Shown here in pieces: positions 6,880 to 15,225 of a DNA stretch of 15,654 nt. The position numbers were made by a program, and so were the translations under genes. The stretch comes from a virus. The notes below the pieces were generated by a model. It saw only the letters and a list, made by a program, of their open reading frames with translations. It made no database searches and had not been told where the DNA came from. Position 1 is the stretch's first letter. Each line of letters begins with the position of its first letter. The stretch lies in UHGV virus genome UHGV-1635749; one strand, written 5' to 3'.

Positions 6880-7482
6880 TCATCCCCCGAATGCTGATGT
6901 AACGCTTCCGCCCAGCTGGCTCAGCAAAGATTCGTTTGGCGGTGTAGTGGATTTCGTCCCGGAATTTTGCACCGCCGATGTGCTGACGCCATCCTGCATA
7001 TCTGATTTATCAGCAACGCTAACGCTCTGCGTTTGCGACATGATCACTTCACGCAGGGTAAGCGTGCAGTTCAGCACGTTCTCGCTGGTTTTGTCCGTTG
7101 TCACCTCGATGGCTCTCACCAGCATATTGCTGTACACCCGCTTCCCGGTCACCACATCGAACGGCACCCGGGAGGACTGGAGATCCAGCAGTTGCTGATA
7201 GGTCTCTTTCGGGCTCAGTCCGGCGCTGAGGCCGATTGAAGATGTATCAATGAAGTCCAGCAACGAACCGCCCCCAGCGAAGCCGCATTCCATTGTGACT
7301 TCGCTGGGGCGCTTATACGCATGATCGGCGATGAAACCCGAGGCGCTATTCGTTGTTGGCTTCTCCACCGGGTGCTCAGTAATTTCGAGCGCATCAGAAT
7401 GCTTTTCGGAAACGACCACGCTGGGGATCAGCAGGCCAATTCGCCGTGATTGCTGGCGAAAAATCGCTGATAAAATATCCAT
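6880..7482 (-). CDS. Hypothetical tail protein directly after the tape measure gene (P2 gpU / Mu gpN position; 200 aa)
   Basis: ATG at 7482 overlaps the tape measure stop (7482-7484) by 1 nt. Position typical of a tube-initiator or distal tail protein. No motif recognised. Confidence 0.5.
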   Translation of the reverse strand: MDILSAIFRQQSRRIGLLIPSVVVSEKHSDALEITEHPVEKPTTNSASGFIADHAYKRPSEVTMECGFAGGGSLLDFIDTSSIGLSAGLSPKETYQQLLDLQSSRVPFDVVTGKRVYSNMLVRAIEVTTDKTSENVLNCTLTLREVIMSQTQSVSVADKSDMQDGVSTSAVQNSGTKSTTPPNESLLSQLGGSVTSAFGG

Positions 7483-9749
7483 TATCTCGGTCCTGCGGGG
7501 AGTTGCTGGGTTAACTGTGAATTCACACCCTTTTGACGGTCAACAGTCAAACGGGCAGCTTCGCGAGGATCGGAAACGCCGTGGATGTTAATGTTCGTTT
7601 CCTGCTGAATCACCGGGGCGCTGGTGGGCATATTGCTCATTACTTTCGGAATGTAATTGCGCGTTTCCTGCGGCATTAGCCCCATTCCATAACGTTGAAC
7701 GTTCCCGATTCCCCAGTTATATGATGCAAGTGCTTTGCTAAGGTCTCCGCCGTTCTGCCGCAATAGCTGGCTAAGGTACTTAGCGGCTGCCTGAGCTGAC
7801 TTTTCCGGGTCGAACACATCGTTACCACGCAGGCCCATGTCTCGCGCCGTGCCATCCATGAACTGGAACAGCCCCTTTGCACCCGCGCCGGACATGGCGA
7901 ACTGGTTACCACCTGACTCGGTTATCGCCACACTTTTCAATAGACCAGCTGGAAGTTGATAAAGCGACTCAAGTTTATTGAACATTGGCCCCATCCAGTC
8001 GAGCAATACTTTGCCCTGGGCTGTGGCCTGTGGACGTTTGACTGATTGCGCAAACTGGGAGGGGTCACCCGATATATTTGGAGAGATTTCAGCAGCTCCA
8101 GCCGGGGAGAAAAATAAATTACCGATTTTGGCAATCCCGTCTGAGATTTTTTCAAGATAACCATTAGCAGCCTGCTGACGGTTTTTTATTTCATCTCTTT
8201 CATGCGGGGCAATTTCATTACTACGAACATGCTGTTCCGCCCCGGGAATGTCAGGCTGAACATTATCGCCATAAACGACGCCATTGCTTTGCGCCTGACG
8301 AATAATCTTACCTGGGCCACCATGCAGCCAATCCATCCATGCGGGCCATTCTCTTACCTCGCTAACATCTTTTCGCCCAAGGTCGGTTTTGATGCCAACC
8401 GTAGCAAGAGCATCACCAATGTTCCTTTTGGTATAGTCCAAAGATGATTTAGCACTGGCTTTTATGTTTTCACGATCTGAAACCAGGTAACCAGCATACG
8501 CTCCCCATAATTTAAGCCATGGAGGTATCGGAAGACCGGATATTTTTGCGAATGCTCCCAATACTTTTGTTACCCATACCCCAGCGATGAAAGTAGCCAA
8601 AATTTCCAGCGAGTTCTGCCATCCACCAACAGAATCTTTCAGCCCCAGAAGCTTATCGCGCAGCCAGAGAATTGCCTTTTTCGCCTTTTCTATTGCAGGC
8701 TCCCACTTGGACCAGTCAATCAGGCTTTTACCGCCTTCTTTCCACGTCTGATAATCGTCATAGAGTAATCCGATCGCCAGAATCAGCGTGGTGATAATTC
8801 CAATCGGGGATTTCAGGAACGCAGAATTAAGCAGACGCCATGCGACAAGTAGAGCACCGAATATTTTCAGCAGATTTTTACTGCCATCGTCAAGATGCTT
8901 CCACCAGTCAATGACAGAGCCAGCGCCCTGTATGAGCCGCCACGCCATTCGCGTGAAGGCGTTCGCAAGCCAGATCACGCCTTTAATAACTCTGGTCAGC
9001 GTCTCTTCAATCTTCGGGAAGTTGTCGAGGATGCGCCGCCGCAGGCTGTCCAGCGAACCAGCAAGACCACCAGCGAGGTTTGAGCCGATCTTGTCCCGCA
9101 TAATGCCGAACAGCGACGTAAGCCCGCGCATGGACGTCATGAATTTATTGGACTGCACAGCCGCCTTATCAGCGTTGAACCCAGTCTTTTGCAGCATAGA
9201 CTGGTAATCGGCGGTAAAGCCATTCATGCCGCGCCGCATCGCCATCAGCGTGTTTTCATCGATGCCAAGCATCTGCGCGTATTGCTTCGCGCGGTAATAC
9301 GGCATGTTGTTGAGCTTTTGCCCAACGCCAGTAAAGATGGCCGCAGTATCACGCATCTTTCCGCTGGCATCTCGGGTCTGGACACCAAGACGGTTCAGGA
9401 AGCCTTCCGCCCCCGGATTGCTACGCATGAAACCGGCCAGCCCTTCGAGGGAGGACATGGCCGACTCGGCGCTGGCACCGGTTTGCGACGCGGCATAGCC
9501 CAGCGCTTTGATGCCCTGGACGCTGGCCCCCGTCCGTTGGGATGCCCAGTAAATTTTATCCAGACCATTCGCGATCTGGGTGGTAAATCCGACAATGCTC
9601 AGCGCTGCGCCTTCCACCACCGCGCCGACCTTCAGAACGTTTGCGGTAACGCCTTTCAGCACGGCTTCAAACTTATTAGCGCCAGCCTGATCGATATCGA
9701 ATCCCAGCGAAACAAGGAAGTCTTTAATCGTATCTGCGTTACCGCTCAT
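7482..9749 (-). CDS. Tail tape measure protein (755 aa) with a C-terminal lytic transglycosylase (SLT-like) domain
   Basis: Long ORF directly after the chaperone/frameshift pair. Hydrophobic segments at about aa 292-330 and 381-400. Residues about 585-700 contain ITESGGNQ...GAKGLFQFM...AAKYL...ASYNWG, resembling the family-1 lytic transglycosylase E-S / GLMQ / AYNAG motifs. GGAG upstream of the ATG at 9749. Confidence 0.9.
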   Translation of the reverse strand: MSGNADTIKDFLVSLGFDIDQAGANKFEAVLKGVTANVLKVGAVVEGAALSIVGFTTQIANGLDKIYWASQRTGASVQGIKALGYAASQTGASAESAMSSLEGLAGFMRSNPGAEGFLNRLGVQTRDASGKMRDTAAIFTGVGQKLNNMPYYRAKQYAQMLGIDENTLMAMRRGMNGFTADYQSMLQKTGFNADKAAVQSNKFMTSMRGLTSLFGIMRDKIGSNLAGGLAGSLDSLRRRILDNFPKIEETLTRVIKGVIWLANAFTRMAWRLIQGAGSVIDWWKHLDDGSKNLLKIFGALLVAWRLLNSAFLKSPIGIITTLILAIGLLYDDYQTWKEGGKSLIDWSKWEPAIEKAKKAILWLRDKLLGLKDSVGGWQNSLEILATFIAGVWVTKVLGAFAKISGLPIPPWLKLWGAYAGYLVSDRENIKASAKSSLDYTKRNIGDALATVGIKTDLGRKDVSEVREWPAWMDWLHGGPGKIIRQAQSNGVVYGDNVQPDIPGAEQHVRSNEIAPHERDEIKNRQQAANGYLEKISDGIAKIGNLFFSPAGAAEISPNISGDPSQFAQSVKRPQATAQGKVLLDWMGPMFNKLESLYQLPAGLLKSVAITESGGNQFAMSGAGAKGLFQFMDGTARDMGLRGNDVFDPEKSAQAAAKYLSQLLRQNGGDLSKALASYNWGIGNVQRYGMGLMPQETRNYIPKVMSNMPTSAPVIQQETNINIHGVSDPREAARLTVDRQKGVNSQLTQQLPAGPR

Positions 9750-10352
9750 TGGCCGCTCTCCATTTATCTACCCGGGCGTCGTTATCCTCGCGCATGTCGA
9801 GGTAGTCATTGAGAAGCGCGATGCGGCAAAGGTCTACCGCACCGCTGTTAAGGTCTTTCTGGTCAATATGGAAGGCAAGCGCCGGACGAAGAATAAAATC
9901 TTCACCGCCCGGCAGGCTGTTGAAGGTTATTCCGCTGGCGGGGTGGGCGTCTCGCTGGTAGGGAGTCCTTGCAAAAAATTTCCCAGCGAGTCGGCGACCA
10001 CCCGCGCCACCAGTTGCAGCATGGTAAGCAGGTCGATATCGTCAAACGCCATTTCGCCATGCTGGCAGACCGGCACCCAGCCTTTCATGTGCTCGCGTGA
10101 AACAACGGAAAGACAGGGGAACAGGATAGCGTCCACGTCGCCATCACTCAGATCGGACACAGCATTGGCAATCTTTGGCAGGATGGTAGCCATCGCGCCT
10201 TCGGTGTCTTTGCTGCTGATCTTCTCCTGAACGCTCCGGAAGTCCGAAACCATCCCGGCCAGAACCGGCAACAGCTTGCGGGACACCTTCAGCTGTTCGA
10301 AAACGCTGAGCTTTGCGGTGCGATATTTCACGCCTTTAATTTCGAATTCCAT
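9739..10352 (-). CDS. Predicted -1 frameshift fusion product of the tail chaperone (about 205 aa; P2 E+E' / lambda G-T analog)
   Basis: The -1 frame is open from the slippery site (plus 9972-9984) for 79 codons (FFARTPYQRD...DKWRAANER) and stops at TAA 9739-9741, overlapping the tape measure ATG (A-ATG-AGC-GGT-AA). Confidence 0.5.
9927..10352 (-). CDS. Tail assembly chaperone (141 aa; P2 gpE / lambda gpG analog)
   Basis: Small ORF between the tube and tape measure genes, ending 178 bp before the tape measure start. That gap is filled by an open -1 frame (see the next two features). Confidence 0.7.
   Translation of the reverse strand: MEFEIKGVKYRTAKLSVFEQLKVSRKLLPVLAGMVSDFRSVQEKISSKDTEGAMATILPKIANAVSDLSDGDVDAILFPCLSVVSREHMKGWVPVCQHGEMAFDDIDLLTMLQLVARVVADSLGNFLQGLPTSETPTPPAE
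9972..9984 (-). other. Candidate programmed -1 ribosomal frameshift site (tandem slippery heptamers)
   Basis: Minus-strand GGGAAATTTTTTG read in frame as ctG-GGA-AAT-TTT-TTG contains G_GGA_AAT and T_TTT_TTG. Both are in the X_XXY_YYZ register relative to the chaperone frame, about 14 codons before its stop. Confidence 0.5.
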
Positions 10353-10355
10353 GCG

Positions 10356-10796
10356 TTAAAACTCCCCGAGAAGCTGGTCAATCTTGCCGCAGTCGAATAC
10401 CCAGGCGACGGTTCCGCCCTCTTTAGCGTTATTGAAATCAGGCTGTTTCTGGAATGCACACGAACGCGCAGTAGAAATATCACCCGATGCCGTGTTGCGA
10501 ATGACGATCACGTTATTGCCCCAGGTGGCAGAGGACTGGCTTTGCGCGTTATACGCCAGAGACAGCTTCTTGTTCACGGGGGAGGTTTTCAGCAGCGTCA
10601 CCGTAATGGTGCCTGACTTATCGGCGTGCAGGCTGTGCATCACTTCGCCATCGGCACCGATGGTCATGGTGTTCTTGTTGCCGCCCATAGCTACGGTGAT
10701 ACCTTCCTCAGAGTTCGCAGAACCCTGACCCAGATCAATAACACCGGTCGGACCGGTGAGCGACGCGGTTACATCGAGAAAAGAATAAGTTGACAT
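10356..10796 (-). CDS. Tail tube protein (146 aa)
   Basis: Sits between the sheath and chaperone genes, the canonical tube position for contractile tails. AAGGAG upstream of the ATG at 10796. Confidence 0.7.
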   Translation of the reverse strand: MSTYSFLDVTASLTGPTGVIDLGQGSANSEEGITVAMGGNKNTMTIGADGEVMHSLHADKSGTITVTLLKTSPVNKKLSLAYNAQSQSSATWGNNVIVIRNTASGDISTARSCAFQKQPDFNNAKEGGTVAWVFDCGKIDQLLGEF

Positions 10797-10806
10797 TTAT
10801 CGCTCC

Positions 10807-11967
10807 TTAGCGAACCACGTTGATCTGCACATCGGCATAATGAACTGCGCCAGCCAGCTTACAGGCCACCTGAATTAACGGTGCTTTGCGCGCTTCCCGG
10901 TCGGCCTGCGCCTGTTCGGAGAGGGGTTGCGCATACACGTAATAGCCTTTGGTCAGCGTATCGCCGGAATTCAGTTGTCCGATAGGGCCACCATTCCACA
11001 CGCCAGCCGCTACCAGACCGTTCGTGACGGACTGATCCATGGACTGTTCAACGTTGGAAAGCAGGCGGGTCACACCGGCATCAGTCTGCGGAATTTTAGT
11101 GGTGCTGGTGTAAAGCAGGTTATAGAGGTTGGTCTGAACGTAGTTCTGCAACCAGTCGAGCCCGTGGCGCTCGTCGAAGAAGTCACCGTTCGCCATGACA
11201 CCCTGTTGCAGGATCGCCGTGTCGTTGGCGTAGTACACGAACACGTTCGCGTTCTTCGTATCTACCGCAGCCGCCTGACCTAACGTCAGCGTTTCGTAGG
11301 TTACGCCTGGCTCCTGTTTGAACTTCAGGGTAATGGTGGTATTGCTGCCGTTGAAGTTAACAGTGAACGCACGACCGAACGCAGAAGCCGCTGCATAAGG
11401 GCTACTGGTGGAATACTGAATGAAAGTGCGGGAAAACTTGCCAGCCTTTAATTTCGACGCAACATCGGTCATTGAAGTCGTGCTGATAATCCCGGCGTCA
11501 GCAGAGGTCACACCAAAGATACGGCTAAGGCTGGACGCTTCAATAAGTTTGGCGACCTCAATCACGTCATCAGCATCAAGCACATCATCGCCATCAGCAA
11601 CATCATCAGCGACAACCAGCCCATACCAGTTGGTATACTGCAGGCAGGCATTAACAGCTTGCACGATGGTTTCCACGCTTCCACCTTCGGAAGAGGTCAG
11701 CGTCTTCGCCCAGCGGCCAACATAAACCTGCGTCGGCTTCGGTGACTGGCTGAAGAAAACCTGCGCTGCTTTATATTCCGGGCTGTCGACACCGAAGTCT
11801 TCGCCAATGTCCTCAACGGACGCATAAAGGCGAATACGCTCCTGCACCGGAATGACAGTGGAAGAACCGAGGATCAGCAGTGCGCCGAAGTTACGACCAG
11901 TAGCCGCTTTCGGCGAGATGATCACATCAACGTTTACAACGTTGGATACAGGTAAGCCCTGCGTCAT
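10807..11967 (-). CDS. Tail sheath protein (386 aa)
   Basis: Largest ORF immediately upstream of tube-chaperone-tape measure. Size and position fit a contractile sheath. Family membership not verified. Confidence 0.75.
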   Translation of the reverse strand: MTQGLPVSNVVNVDVIISPKAATGRNFGALLILGSSTVIPVQERIRLYASVEDIGEDFGVDSPEYKAAQVFFSQSPKPTQVYVGRWAKTLTSSEGGSVETIVQAVNACLQYTNWYGLVVADDVADGDDVLDADDVIEVAKLIEASSLSRIFGVTSADAGIISTTSMTDVASKLKAGKFSRTFIQYSTSSPYAAASAFGRAFTVNFNGSNTTITLKFKQEPGVTYETLTLGQAAAVDTKNANVFVYYANDTAILQQGVMANGDFFDERHGLDWLQNYVQTNLYNLLYTSTTKIPQTDAGVTRLLSNVEQSMDQSVTNGLVAAGVWNGGPIGQLNSGDTLTKGYYVYAQPLSEQAQADREARKAPLIQVACKLAGAVHYADVQINVVR

Positions 11968-11970
11968 AGT

Positions 11971-12534
11971 TTATTCTCCAAAAAAGGTGACTGGCGCTTC
12001 CACCAGCGATTTAATGCCGTACTCGCGCACAACCTTCCGGCGCAGGCGAACCGTCATGTCGTAGCGGCGAACCCATTGCTGGTTGATAAGCTCGGGGAAA
12101 GGGGTCAGACCGGTATAGTCGCCCAGGGATAAACCGAGCGCGTTCAGCTCAGCATTATTTTGCGGGACAGATATGCCATCGCGAAAACGGGACGCATAAG
12201 ACATACCAGCCGGGCCATAGAACGACGCCATGCACTCGAACGTTTCATGCCGCCAGAGCTGAGCGCCCTCTTCAGTCTGCCCGGTGAATGCAGGGTTGTT
12301 ATCAATGAGCAACCCGGTAACGCCAAACGCGCACCAGTTCGTTTCAACGGGTGGCAGTGGCGGCTGATTTTTCTGCCAGCGCGGACGAACCATTCCAGAC
12401 GGCAAGCCGGAAACATTGCGCATCCACTGGCTTAGCAGCCTGTCGAGCGCTTCGTCATAAGCCGGATCGCCGCTGGTGGGTGTCAGCCAGCCGCGCTCTG
12501 TGCTGGTGTTATTGCTCAATGGGAGTTCCCCCAT
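11971..12534 (-). CDS. Hypothetical neck / tail-completion region protein (187 aa from ATG at 12534; track ORF extends to a TTG at 12597)
   Basis: ORF directly upstream of the sheath gene with a 3-nt gap. Start uncertain. No motif recognised. Confidence 0.45.
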   Translation of the reverse strand: MGELPLSNNTSTERGWLTPTSGDPAYDEALDRLLSQWMRNVSGLPSGMVRPRWQKNQPPLPPVETNWCAFGVTGLLIDNNPAFTGQTEEGAQLWRHETFECMASFYGPAGMSYASRFRDGISVPQNNAELNALGLSLGDYTGLTPFPELINQQWVRRYDMTVRLRRKVVREYGIKSLVEAPVTFFGE

Positions 12535-12898
12535 CAAACGGCAGTAATTCACAATGAGCCTGGACGAAGCCAGCACCGTAAGCCGTGTACGGGTCAACGA
12601 ATGTCACACGATAATCACTGTTCTGGTACGTCACAATATCGGCGTCACGGCCAGTCTGCCCCTGCGTCAGCCGCTCAGTTGTCACGATGAGAATCGCGCC
12701 ACTGATAACCTGGCCGGACTGCATACGTCGGTTTTCCAGGGAGCGGTCAACAGTAACATCCCCGGCAAACTGCTTTTTAACTTCACTGTCGCTGCCGATC
12801 CCGTCCTCGTCCACCGTTTGCGCGCGACGCGTTACCCACAGGTTGAAGTCGCAAAAATCGGGGTCAAAAAGCACGTCTGTTACATCAAGAGTCGGCAT
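12509..12898 (-). CDS. Hypothetical head-tail joining region protein (129 aa)
   Basis: ATG at 12898. Overlaps the upstream gene by 14 nt and the downstream gene by about 26 nt. Assigned by size and position only. Confidence 0.45.
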   Translation of the reverse strand: MPTLDVTDVLFDPDFCDFNLWVTRRAQTVDEDGIGSDSEVKKQFAGDVTVDRSLENRRMQSGQVISGAILIVTTERLTQGQTGRDADIVTYQNSDYRVTFVDPYTAYGAGFVQAHCELLPFDGGTPIEQ

Positions 12899-13472
12899 CT
12901 TTATCCCTCACAATATGGGTAATGGCTCTGCGGTACTGTCCGGTATCAATCAACGGCCTTACATTCTCATTGCTTATCAATTGACCAGAATCTGGGTTGA
13001 TAGCATTAAGCTTTCCGTCTGCCGATCTGCGTGCTAACTCAGCTTTCGCCCCTTTGCGCCCACGGCGTGCGCGTGCTTCAACGGTGCTATCAGCAAGCGG
13101 TGTAAAGCCGGTAATGGTCATGTAACGCCTGACGCCATTCGCGGCCAGCGTTCCGGCGCGGTTAAGCGCTCTTTCCGCACCCGCCGCATTTCCATCAAGC
13201 GCAGCCTGCGCCGCTGCTTTGAGCTGCGGCACCGTCTGTTCCTCTACGGATTTAACGCCGGGGATCAGGTGCGGGCGTGGGGGTATGTTTTGCGCTGGTG
13301 AGCCGTATTCGTTGACGTAACCGATCCCGGCATTACCAAACGGAACATCCTCACGCTCGCTGTCTTCTTCCGGGATGCCCACCAGCACATCCTTTTTGGT
13401 TAGCGACCTGAGCGCATCCAGAATGGCCTGAGCGTTATCCACCCTCGTTGTTACACCGCTTTTGAAACTCAT
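12885..13472 (-). CDS. Hypothetical head-tail joining region protein (195 aa)
   Basis: ATGA start/stop overlap with the upstream gene (13469-13472). Gly/Ala-rich. No family recognised. Confidence 0.45.
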   Translation of the reverse strand: MSFKSGVTTRVDNAQAILDALRSLTKKDVLVGIPEEDSEREDVPFGNAGIGYVNEYGSPAQNIPPRPHLIPGVKSVEEQTVPQLKAAAQAALDGNAAGAERALNRAGTLAANGVRRYMTITGFTPLADSTVEARARRGRKGAKAELARRSADGKLNAINPDSGQLISNENVRPLIDTGQYRRAITHIVRDKDADS

Positions 13473-13888
13473 AGCTGGCGACCGCCCGCACCGAACATCG
13501 TGATCAGCTGATAAAATTCAGCGCCATATCGGGTGTTATTCCAGAAGCCTGCGTCAGGGTTTAGCGTCGCGCTGGTGTCATAGCTGACGCTTACCTTGTC
13601 AACGGACTTGGAGGACTGAACACCATTGGTTGAACCGCCCGGGCCGCCAACCAGCATCGCCCGGCTATCTGCCGCCCAGAGCGTCATGTAGTGAGCCACG
13701 AACAACTCGACAAAGTACGGAAACAACTCTTTGCCGGTGACGTTTTCGCTCAGCAGCACATCAGCCAGATTCAGACGAAACTGGATTTGTGCTTCGGGAT
13801 ATTTGGCAGGGTCAGCAAACTGTGGAAAGTCGCGCCGAAAATCACTTACTGTTGGCAGGCTTTGATTCTTTGGCATCTTTCGCCCCAT
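13469..13888 (-). CDS. Hypothetical head-tail joining region protein (about 139 aa from ATG at 13888; alternative ATG at 13876)
   Basis: The track ORF begins at a TTG (13912). The first ATGs are at 13888 and 13876. Either start overlaps the 3' end of the coiled-coil ORF by 35-47 nt. Confidence 0.45.
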   Translation of the reverse strand: MGRKMPKNQSLPTVSDFRRDFPQFADPAKYPEAQIQFRLNLADVLLSENVTGKELFPYFVELFVAHYMTLWAADSRAMLVGGPGGSTNGVQSSKSVDKVSVSYDTSATLNPDAGFWNNTRYGAEFYQLITMFGAGGRQL

Positions 13889-14231
13889 TACCGCCAGTCT
13901 GGGCGGCAGCAATCTGCGCTTGCAGGCTGTCGTTCTGCTCTTGCAGCTTGAGCAGCGCTTCTTTCAGGTCGGCAATCAACTGATCTTTATCGATAATCTG
14001 CTTATCTTTGTCGGCAATCTGAGCTTGCAGGCTGTCGATAATGGGTTGCAGATCATCGGTGTCGCTAATCACGCTTTCGGAAAGCTCGGAGTGCGCCTGG
14101 GTGAACCAGTGCGACGCGACCTCTTCCGGTACGTTATGCCGTCCCCGGCCAAACTCCCTTTTTGACTGATCGCCGAGCGTCAGCGTAAACGGGGTGTGAA
14201 CATGGATGGTAACCAGCTTTTCTTTCGCCAT
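13842..14231 (-). CDS. Hypothetical coiled-coil protein (129 aa) directly after the putative capsid gene
   Basis: C-terminal half ([44 protein letters not shown]) is heptad-like, with matching DNA-level repeats. AAGGAAA lies upstream of the ATG at 14231. Confidence 0.5.
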   Translation of the reverse strand: MAKEKLVTIHVHTPFTLTLGDQSKREFGRGRHNVPEEVASHWFTQAHSELSESVISDTDDLQPIIDSLQAQIADKDKQIIDKDQLIADLKEALLKLQEQNDSLQAQIAAAQTGGNGAKDAKESKPANSK

Positions 14232-14246
14232 TTTCAGTTTCCTTCT

Positions 14247-14262
14247 GGCCCCTTTCGGGGCC
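14247..14262 (-). terminator. GC-rich stem-loop immediately after the putative major capsid gene (possible attenuator or RNA stability element)
   Basis: ggcccc-tttc-ggggcc is a perfect 6-bp GC stem with a 4-nt loop in the 41-bp gap between the capsid stop (14273) and the next ATG (14231). No U-tract follows, so termination would be partial at most. Confidence 0.35.
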
Positions 14263-14272
14263 GTTCTGGTTA

Positions 14273-15214
14273 TCAGATACCGTCCACGTAGGACAGGGTT
14301 TCTTTGTACACTGGCTCAACCGCACCGAGCTTGCCGTAGTAGGTCGCAATCTGATACAGACCGCGATACTGGACAGGAACGCTCTGCAACGGCACCAGCG
14401 GATAGCGCACGTATTTCTTGTCGTTGGTGTAGGCGATCATACGGTCTTTACCGCCAACCCCACGCCCTTTCAGCCATTTGACCGCTTTGATTTCAAGCGG
14501 AACGCCGTTCTGGTGGAAAGCGATAGTGTTCACAGCCAGATAGGTCAGCAGTGACTGGTTACCCGCTTCGGAAACCTTACGGCTCGCCAGCAGTGAATAC
14601 TGCTCTGGCGGAATGCGCAGATCAGAAGGCACGATGGAATAACCGGATGCTGCCCAGGCATTAGACAGAATGCTGTTCACGCTATCGAGGATCTCGTCGT
14701 TGGTTGAGTTCGCCCAGGTCTTCGGCGCGTTGTTCAGCGTCACACCGACGAGGTTTGCCAGACCTTTCAGGCCGAGCGCATCATCGCCGATGTAAACCTG
14801 CTCGTCGTTGTCCATCTGCCATTTGAGCTGCATCCCGTCGTACTTCTGGGTATCAATCGGGCGGCCTACCTGCTGAGCTGCTGCCAGCTCTACAACGGTC
14901 CAGCCCAGTTCCATACCCCAGAGGTTCAGTGGATTGCCGTCTTTGCTGATATCCACGTTCACGCCAGCAATAGCGGTGGAGTCTTTGCCTACCCAGTTTT
15001 TACCATTCGGATTTGCGCCAGTACCAGCAGCGCCAAAGCTGGTGTTAGTCCAGCTGGAAATGTCATCTGCGATAGACACGTCTTCACGCAGCTGAATATC
15101 GCGGGTCCAGGTGTAACCCACCAGCGGCAGGTTCAGCGTCTGGTCGAGTCGCTCCAGCTCCCCGATGAGAAAGGCACCAGAGCTATCAACGGTTGCCTGA
15201 TCAAAAGTAATCAT
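14273..15214 (-). CDS. Putative major capsid protein (313 aa)
   Basis: About 310-aa ORF following a small structural-type ORF and preceding the neck genes, with a GC hairpin right after its stop. Assigned by size and position only; no motif recognised. Confidence 0.5.
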   Translation of the reverse strand: MITFDQATVDSSGAFLIGELERLDQTLNLPLVGYTWTRDIQLREDVSIADDISSWTNTSFGAAGTGANPNGKNWVGKDSTAIAGVNVDISKDGNPLNLWGMELGWTVVELAAAQQVGRPIDTQKYDGMQLKWQMDNDEQVYIGDDALGLKGLANLVGVTLNNAPKTWANSTNDEILDSVNSILSNAWAASGYSIVPSDLRIPPEQYSLLASRKVSEAGNQSLLTYLAVNTIAFHQNGVPLEIKAVKWLKGRGVGGKDRMIAYTNDKKYVRYPLVPLQSVPVQYRGLYQIATYYGKLGAVEPVYKETLSYVDGI

Positions 15215-15225
15215 TCGTCTGTTCC

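Noticed and set aside
7676-8164. Minus-strand alternative-frame ORFs (78 aa and 75 aa) nested inside the tape measure gene
   Set aside because: Fully nested out-of-frame ORFs within a long, well-supported gene; Cys/Arg-rich junk-like translations.
9189-9812. Plus-strand ORF (207 aa) overlapping the tape measure 5' end and the chaperone-tape measure gap
   Set aside because: Antisense to the tape measure gene and to the -1 frameshift extension, which has precise start/stop overlap logic. Arg/His-rich low-complexity translation.
13900-14060. Short DNA repeats considered as a CRISPR-like or mobile-element repeat array
   Set aside because: Irregular in spacing and length and entirely within a coding region, where they encode the heptad repeats of a coiled coil. 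No repeat-spacer architecture.
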